A stretch of 43,738 nucleotides of DNA, the filler included, from Catajapyx aquilonaris (lineage: Eukaryota): NCBI GenBank assembly GCA_000934665.2. It is 2 parts of 2 records of this genome, joined end to end, with 100 filler letters (N's around TTAATTAATTAA, not from the genome) between each part and the next. Parts side by side here need not be neighbours in the genome. Positions count along the whole stretch, not along the records: positions 21,900 to 43,738 come from JYFJ02005966.1; 1 more part is not named here. One strand, given 5' to 3'. The translations under genes and the position numbers were made by a program. Below are positions 37,701 through 43,738 of the stretch, piece by piece; within the stretch, counting starts at the first letter, position 1, and each line of letters begins with the position of its first letter. The notes under the pieces are model-generated. The model saw only the letters and a list, made by a program, of their open reading frames with translations, was not told the origin of the DNA and ran no database searches.

Positions 37701-40700
37701 TGTTGGTACAGGGTTCCTAAATTGTTCGTAACTGCCTTCCCGCGTCTGGACAACCCATCCCAACCTCCCTAGGACTCCTGCGAGGGCGGTACACTCTAAT
37801 TAAAAGACTTCTAAGAAGTCATTTTTCAGCTTTGAAACCTGCTCCAGTTTCCCCCTACCTCCCCGCCCCTTGTAGCTTACGTCAGGTGGAAGGTCCGGTG
37901 CAAATGATGAATGGCAGTCTCTTTTTCAAATTAGTTGTGGAGGATAAACAAAATGGGGTTAATTTATTGAGAACATTTGAAAACATCAACACTTGTGCAT
38001 TATGTATCATGACATGCTATTTTATGCCATTTGTGTGTGTGTGGGGGGGGGGGGGNGCCTCCCCTAGTTATGCCAATGTGACTTGAATATAAATTCCTTT
38101 CAGTTGTGACAGGCTATTTAGCTAGATCAAAATTTTGCACCATAAAGAGGGCCAATTACAGAAGGTAGCCGTATTGTGTGCCATATATTGCCAGGTCTTC
38201 CTAGACCAGAAACATGTAAAAAGACATTATTTCGTACAATTATCTACTTGCTATTTCACCACAGTGAAAGAATGTTAGCTTCCTGAAGTGAAAGTGGCAT
38301 ATAAAGCCTTTTCAGAAAGTTTTTACTTTCTGGTATCTAAAAGGAAGAATAAATAATGCAGAGCTCACTCCCACAAAAGTTGTAGGTGTGGAAAAATTAT
38401 GTTAAATCCTTGAAATTAGGTTATCCTTGTATGAATAATTATCAATTCTTAGAATAGTACCAGTGTCAAAAATCCTTCATTGTTAGTTGGATTTTTGAAA
38501 TGTTTGACTGTCATTGTTGCCCATTGTGATGTCAGAACTATTCTAAGGCTAAGTACATTAGATTAGAGCAGCCCCCGGACACTTATATTGCAGCACAATA
38601 GAAAAGGCTGTGCCGTTATCTCTTCCCACCCAGGTGCTAGTGTATTCCCACTGGAATACTACTCGCTGCATCATAACGACTGGAGACCCTGACGGTACAA
38701 CTCTGCATTAACACGTGCTACTGATAGCGTTACACCAAGACGGCTGCCGGATGCACCCAGCAAGTAGTATTCCACACCTTGATTCCATTGCAGATATACT
38801 AGCACCTGTGGGAAGGGTTAACAGCACGCAAGATGACGGCGAGTGTCCCGACCTATTCTTCTAAGACCATGGAGTAGACTGATACCAATATGTGTTATTT
38901 TTTCAGTGGTGAAGATGCTACCGTGAAAGCCAGAAGTGCATCTCTATCCGAGGCTTTGAGCAGCAGTCCAAAGTCAAATAAGGCACACATAATATCCCGA
39001 ATGGCTCGAATGGGCCAGGCTACTCTCCCTATGCCAAGTCATGTGACTTCTCATCCCAGTGATTCTTCTGAAAATGAAGTAAGTTGGCCTACATTTACTT
39101 GTACATGGGACTTCTAACGATTACCTTCACATTGGGACCATTATTTAAAGTAAGAGGGCATCCTTTTTCTGATGTTGTTGGCATGGAATACACAGGTATT
39201 ACAGGCCAATTAAAGATGAAATCTGTTGAGGGAAGCAATGAGATAATATTCTGGGGACATGTGGCTGGGAAGGAAATGCAAGTGAGAGGTGTTTCTGTCT
39301 GCTGCTATCTGCTATGGTGTCAAATTCCCAATGTTATGGCCAATGCAGATTGATACAACCAGTCCTACTTTCTAAAAATAATGTAGGATGTCCCTATAGT
39401 CAGTTCAGATTTGATGATATAATACAAGAATTGTGAAACAACCAGCTTATCAGTAGTATCCTATCCTCCCCAAAGCAACAGGTTATCTCATTATGACCAC
39501 TTGGCGTTGAGGCAGATAATCTGCAACTGTCATGTGAGTCATGTAGAGAGGAAGGTTAGTAGTGTTTGTATTTTGAGGCATGACTGACCCACAAGAGTAA
39601 GTCAGCAAATAATGTACCGTACCCTATATTTTAGAGGGCAAATGATTGCACTCAATGCAACAAAAACAATGCTTCTCTAAATGTACCTCTCTCTNCCCCC
39701 CCCCCCCCCAACCCCCCATCCCCAACTCAGTCCAGTAAACTTGTTGCATTTGCCATGACAGTACACTGGCAATGGAAGGATCCATTTTGCTTTGTAAAGT
39801 CTCACTTTTTTTTTACTGTATCATGAAATAGGAAGCATTTGAGTCAGGACTGTAGTTTATGTCTGACACACCATTTAATGCAACTCTAGTTTTAAAATAC
39901 AGATAATATGGTCACTGTGTACAGAATATTTCAGAGTTGCATGACATTTGACGTGCCATTTTTAGGCACTTGAATACACCGATCTGTTGCAAAATATATA
40001 ATTTTGTTTCATTTGAACATTCACTCTCTCATAATTAAGGCATCCCAAGCCAGAATGGTCATGTTGATGCAGAGAACAATACTTTGGTTTGTGGCACTTT
40101 TCAGTTATCAACATAGGTGGTGTTACCTTGTATGGTTCTGGCACTCTTGGGAACGACACAAAACATCAAATGATGGTCCCAGCAAATTTCTATAGTGTTA
40201 GCATGAAAACAGACAATTTCAGTATTTATTTAGGAAATATTGCTTGTTATAGGATGTCACTTAAAAAAAAAAAAATTATTGTACCCCGTTCTCAGTCCTT
40301 GGGCTCTTTTTAGGGGAGTGGGATACCACCATTTGTTGGAACCATATATGTATTGTTACCCCGTGCTCGAGCCATTGCGGCTCGTTTTGGGGGGAGGGGG
40401 ACAGTTCCCAAGGGGGGGCATCCACGGTTTATAGTCACTCACGACTCTCTCAGATCACCAGACCTTTTCTCTGGCCCCGGGCAGCTAAGGGAGTGCAATG
40501 CTGCCCCGGCGTGTCGGGTGAAAAGCGGAAAAAGACCCGGCCAAGCAGAGGTGACGGGGACGGGATTTGAACCCCGGCCTCCCGCTTGGCTAGCCAGTGG
40601 CGTAACCACTAGACTACCACGCCTCCCTATGTTGGAACCATATACTGGATATGTTTAGTTGTTCCAAGGGTAAGTAGGAGGGGATGTGCAAAGTGCAAGT

Positions 40701-42361
40701 GCAATGTCATATATTGGTCATTTTGTGAACTCCCCCGGGTGGATTAGTCTAGCGGAAATTTCCACCCGAGACGAAGCCAGAGATGGCCCAACTCTGCACG
40801 AGATGAAGGGGGTGTCCCCGGGCTGGGCTCGAACCCGGGACCTTAACATCCGTGGGTGCGTTACCACAGCACCACTCCGCCTCCCTTACAGGATATCACT
40901 TACTCTCTTAATTGGTGTGAACCCAGACAACTACAGTATTTATTATAGAAAAAATCAACATTTTAATCATTAATCACTTGATCAGTGAATACAATCTTAA
41001 AACGAACCATAAACTGCCATGCCCTTTTCCATTTAGTGCCATGCCCACAAATTGGTTTCTGACCCATCCAGAGCTCTCCTTTGCTTGTTCTCCCAGTTCA
41101 ATGTGCAATTATAATTTGGTAATGTTCATCCCTTGGATTATATATGTGAGTGAGGGACTGTTATTTGCTTTTGTTTGTTAATAGTCAGCCCCCACGAACT
41201 GCCTTAATTGAATTCTTCTCCCTGGGAAGACTTGAATGTGATTACTGAGAACGATGAAAGGCTCACCAAGATGTGGAGTTGCGATGCATCTTGCATTTTA
41301 CACAAGGTACAGCCCCAAGCTAAAGTTGGGGATGCTGTGGGACTTCCCTGACCTTCCTTTATCCAACTAAAATTAATGGACTCTTTTTGGGCCAAGTTAG
41401 CTGCTTTAGGGCCCCTAGTCTGATGACCCCGGGTAAGCTATCCCGGGGGCAATCACCATGGCAGCATATGTAAAAGGATAGCAGTAAACAACCAGTTACC
41501 CCAGGGGGGCAAGCTACCCCGGGTCACCAGACTATATACCTATATAGTCTGGTGACCCGGGGTAGCTTACCCGGGGTCATCAGACTAGGGGCCTTAGGCG
41601 AATGTTTACGTATTTATAACCATATATTTGATACCGTAATGGTGGGGGTTGGCAGAGCACCCTGATGAAGGGGAGGGGCTGCTGTCTCCAACTTTATGCT
41701 TGGGACTGTACCTTGGAAATTATAATGTGCGAGACATGACAATTCAGTGCTTTGGTAAGTCGTGTGTCATACTCAGTTATCACATTGCATTGGGGTAACT
41801 GTAACAGTGTAATGGATAGGGTTCAAATATGGCAGTAGGTGAGAGCGGCCCTGTAACAAAAAATGTATGGTAATATATGTGCAGTAGTTCTTAAAAACTA
41901 GAGTTGCACCTCTTGGTTAGTACTATTGTTCATCTAATGCAGCCTTTTCTGCCATTTCTTCTCAGGAGGAAGGCACACATGAGCCTGTAGGTTTGATTCA
42001 CAAGCCTGCAGTTCGACCTCGTGCCATATCATCACAGGGCCAGCCTGCCTTCCAAACTGCTCCTCCTGCAATGCATCAGGAGCCGCTCCTTAGCCAGCAG
42101 CCGCTCCTACCTCAGCAGCAGCCACAGCCTGTGGCCATGTATCAGTCTCCCCTAAGGGCTGGGTTCATGCCTGATGCAATGTATGGGATACCTGTGTCAT
42201 ACCAGAGTGTGCCCCAGGTGTCCACGCCTGTGCTCAACTCTGGTGGGGCTGCCATTGAGACTCATCTCAGTCTTCTCATGTCAGAGAGTAGATCACAGAA
42301 TACAGAGGTCAGGATTGCTGTCAGCAGAGTGTCTGATCGGTTGGAGCACATTATGAGCAAG
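31727..42361 (+). CDS. FKBP15: FK506-binding protein 15 (FKBP15/WAFL), first 8 coding exons (500 codons), 3'-truncated by the window end
   Basis: Exons 31727-31785, 32620-32802, 32875-33019, 34061-34312, 36675-36827, 36901-37040, 38907-39078, 41966-42361, all phase-compatible. Motifs MLFGGDDDDADF, KLASLFG, YMAPKQPKK, GKLGAAILGN, PNNYTSFYDNQRQNWSMMF, FKBP domain (VFDSTAN...LGKGKVMKGLEEGMVGM...PPHMGYG), KAHIISRMARMGQATLP and LMSESRSQNTEVRIAVSRV match FKBP15 as I recall it. Confidence 0.95.
31977..32130 (+). mobile_element. Degenerate tRNA-derived SINE in FKBP15 intron 1
   Basis: GCGGAGTGGTTAG...GAGGTCGTGAGTTCTAGCCC resembles decayed A and B boxes. Confidence 0.45.
35026..35412. mobile_element. 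Long-palindrome (foldback) MITE
   Basis: ~120-130 bp arms (TATAGCCTGACCAGAAGCTAAAGAGAGTTGGTGGGTTTT...GGAAAGGTCAG) are inverted at 35279-35412 (...CCAACTCTCTTTAGCTTCTGTTCAGACTATA), with TA/TATA ends. Confidence 0.88.
35411..36386. repeat. Two diverged ~150-bp copies of one repeat in inverted orientation (35411-35567 and 36243-36386)
   Basis: CCAAAACTAATGAA...GGGAGGAGAGATGGGG...CCTCTTCGTTGGGAGGAGAG is matched by its reverse complement in the second copy. Confidence 0.8.
35840..36089. mobile_element. hAT/Charlie-type non-autonomous element
   Basis: Left end CAGTGGTTCCCAACC; degenerate right end GGTTGGGAACTG; imperfect 8-bp flanks GTATAGAA / GTATACAT. Confidence 0.7.
38578..38850. mobile_element. 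Degenerate inverted-repeat element (MITE-like)
   Basis: GGACACT..CTTCCCAC..CAGGTGCTAGTGTAT..TGGAATACTACTCGCTG is mirrored by CAGCAAGTAGTATTCCA..ATATACTAGCACCTGTGGGAAG..AGTGTCC. Confidence 0.7.
40349..40629 (-). mobile_element. Young full-length tRNA-derived SINE with a 15-bp target-site duplication
   Basis: Minus strand reads GGGAGGCGTGGTAGTCTAGTGGTTA (A box)...GGTTCAAATCC (B box). Flanked by the direct repeat TGTTGGAACCATATA at 40334-40348 and 40630-40644; CpGs are retained. Confidence 0.88.
40722..40886 (-). mobile_element. Second tRNA-derived SINE (different body)
   Basis: Minus strand GGGAGGCGGAGTGGTGCTGTGGTAA (A-box-like) and GGTTCGAGCCC (B box), followed by a non-tRNA body. The 3' boundary is approximate. 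Confidence 0.65.
41409..41593. mobile_element. PIF/Harbinger (Tourist)-like MITE with nested palindromes
   Basis: 31-bp TIR GGCCCCTAGTCTGATGACCCCGGGTAAGCTA / TAGCTTACCCGGGGTCATCAGACTAGGGGCC, flanked by TTA on both sides (one extra G on the left). Internal hairpin at 41511-41568. Confidence 0.8.
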
Positions 42362-43392
42362 GTTGGACTTTTTTCTTCTTCTCCATTCTTTTTTTGGAAT
42401 AAATTTGTGGCTGTGGCTAATGCCTCCACATAAGCTGAGTTTTTAAACTAGCATTATTTTAAGAGATTAATCGCATGGGACAGCACAAAGTGGAGGTGTG
42501 GTTTCAGCATGGCTTATCATTCCCTACACCTAATCAACATATGCCTCTCAAAAATTAGTGTGACTGGGCTGTTTTAAACATAAGTAATTTGATATGAACT
42601 GCACAGTTAGGATGGAATGCTCCCTGACAGATCATCAATGACTGCAAGAAAAGCTCATGAGTGAAACAGCCCTACTTGCCCACGCTGATTATTTTACTGC
42701 AGAAGTCCACATTTCAGAAAGGGAGAATTGTGGATTATTTACAACAGCAACAAGTTTAGAGAGAAGAAATCAAGAAATGCATGAGAGATGTGACGATGAG
42801 GACTACATTATCATGTCATGATTGTTGGTTTTCTTTAAACTGGTTGCTGGGGTAGACAATCTGTAACATCTTTCCTGCCTGTATTGTTGAATTGCAGACT
42901 TTTTAAGTGTACCTTGTGGATTGCTTTTATAAAGTGAAAGTAGTAGACATAAGTTAGTTTTTGTAATCTGGAAAATTACTCATATGGATTTTATTAGACA
43001 TAGCAGGATACCCGGTGTTGCTCGGGTTATGAAATACTTTTCCATGTAGGTGTAAGTCACTGATTTGGTAGTAACCTTTGAAATAATTATGGCTATACAA
43101 TGTTGGCATACCTGTAACATGGAGCATATTGCATGTGCATGAAGTCCAAACACCAAACTGCGGATGTCAGATTGTAAGAGAGTAGGCCTACACAATAGGC
43201 CTTAAAAATCCAGCAAAAGTTTATAATGAAAAATTGAAGGTTGTGCAGTAAATGTAGAATAGCATTGAAAGACCGGCACCTCTCTTAGTCATTCCCCAAC
43301 CCCAAAATGGCCAATCTGGCCTGGATGACTGTGCCAGCAGGCAGCTATGGGGTCGCTGGAGAACTCAAGGCCCACCACCACGTTAAGGTTAA

Positions 43393-43721
43393 GGTGGCGC
43401 ATTAGTAAAAATACGGTAGGTGCATTTTTGAGGGAATTTTATATTTTTGTAGCGAAACGCACCGTTAATCGGAAAAATCGCGAAGAAGGTGCCCAGCGCA
43501 AAGGTTTGGCCTTTACTATATGGTACCATACTCGATATGATTGCATTAAAATTGTGGACATACGGGCGCAGAAGTGTCCATTGCACCATTTTTGGCGCCC
43601 GTACGGCCGCAGAAGCGTGGACATGTCGAATCCCCATATGCTGCCCATGCATAAGCGAGTTTGTTTAGGTCGTCACCAAGGGCTTCATTGTTACCTTCTT
43701 TTTTTTTTTTGCTAATGCGCC
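43393..43721. mobile_element. Possible non-autonomous DNA transposon (TTAA-associated)
   Basis: TTAA-GGTGGCGCATTAGTAAAAA with inverted TTTTTGCTAATGCGCC about 310 bp downstream; CpG-rich relative to the intron. The right terminus is imperfect. Confidence 0.45.
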
Positions 43722-43738
43722 GGTGTAGATTATGGAAC

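Noticed and set aside
40545..40627. Possible tRNA genes here and at ~16450-16520 and ~40820-40886
   Set aside because: A and B boxes continue into SINE bodies with a tail or TSD, and I could not see a full cloverleaf or oligo-T terminator.

Overview
Eukaryotic (invertebrate, probably arthropod-like) genomic DNA made of two contigs joined by an artificial 100-nt linker (N44-TTAATTAATTAA-N44, 21800-21899). The left contig carries a complete 7-coding-exon class A GPCR of the GPR161 type (809 aa by manual splicing) among many MITEs, SINEs and tandem repeats. The right contig carries three genes: the last two exons of a BET/BRD4-fs(1)h long isoform (+), a Ctr1/SLC31A1 copper transporter (-), and the first 8 coding exons of FKBP15 (+, runs off the window). 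Main observations: (1) Ctr1 and FKBP15 sit head-to-head across one CpG-rich promoter, the same arrangement as human SLC31A1-FKBP15. (2) An in-frame 120-nt Cys-rich (CxxC) candidate exon, absent from the ORF track, lies in the Ctr1 cytosolic loop. (3) The GPCR lacks the near-universal TM3 Cys3.25. (4) A 48-bp TIR-only transposon derivative is nested in a SINE. All gene models were spliced by eye from GT/AG sites and phase matching; no database search was run.
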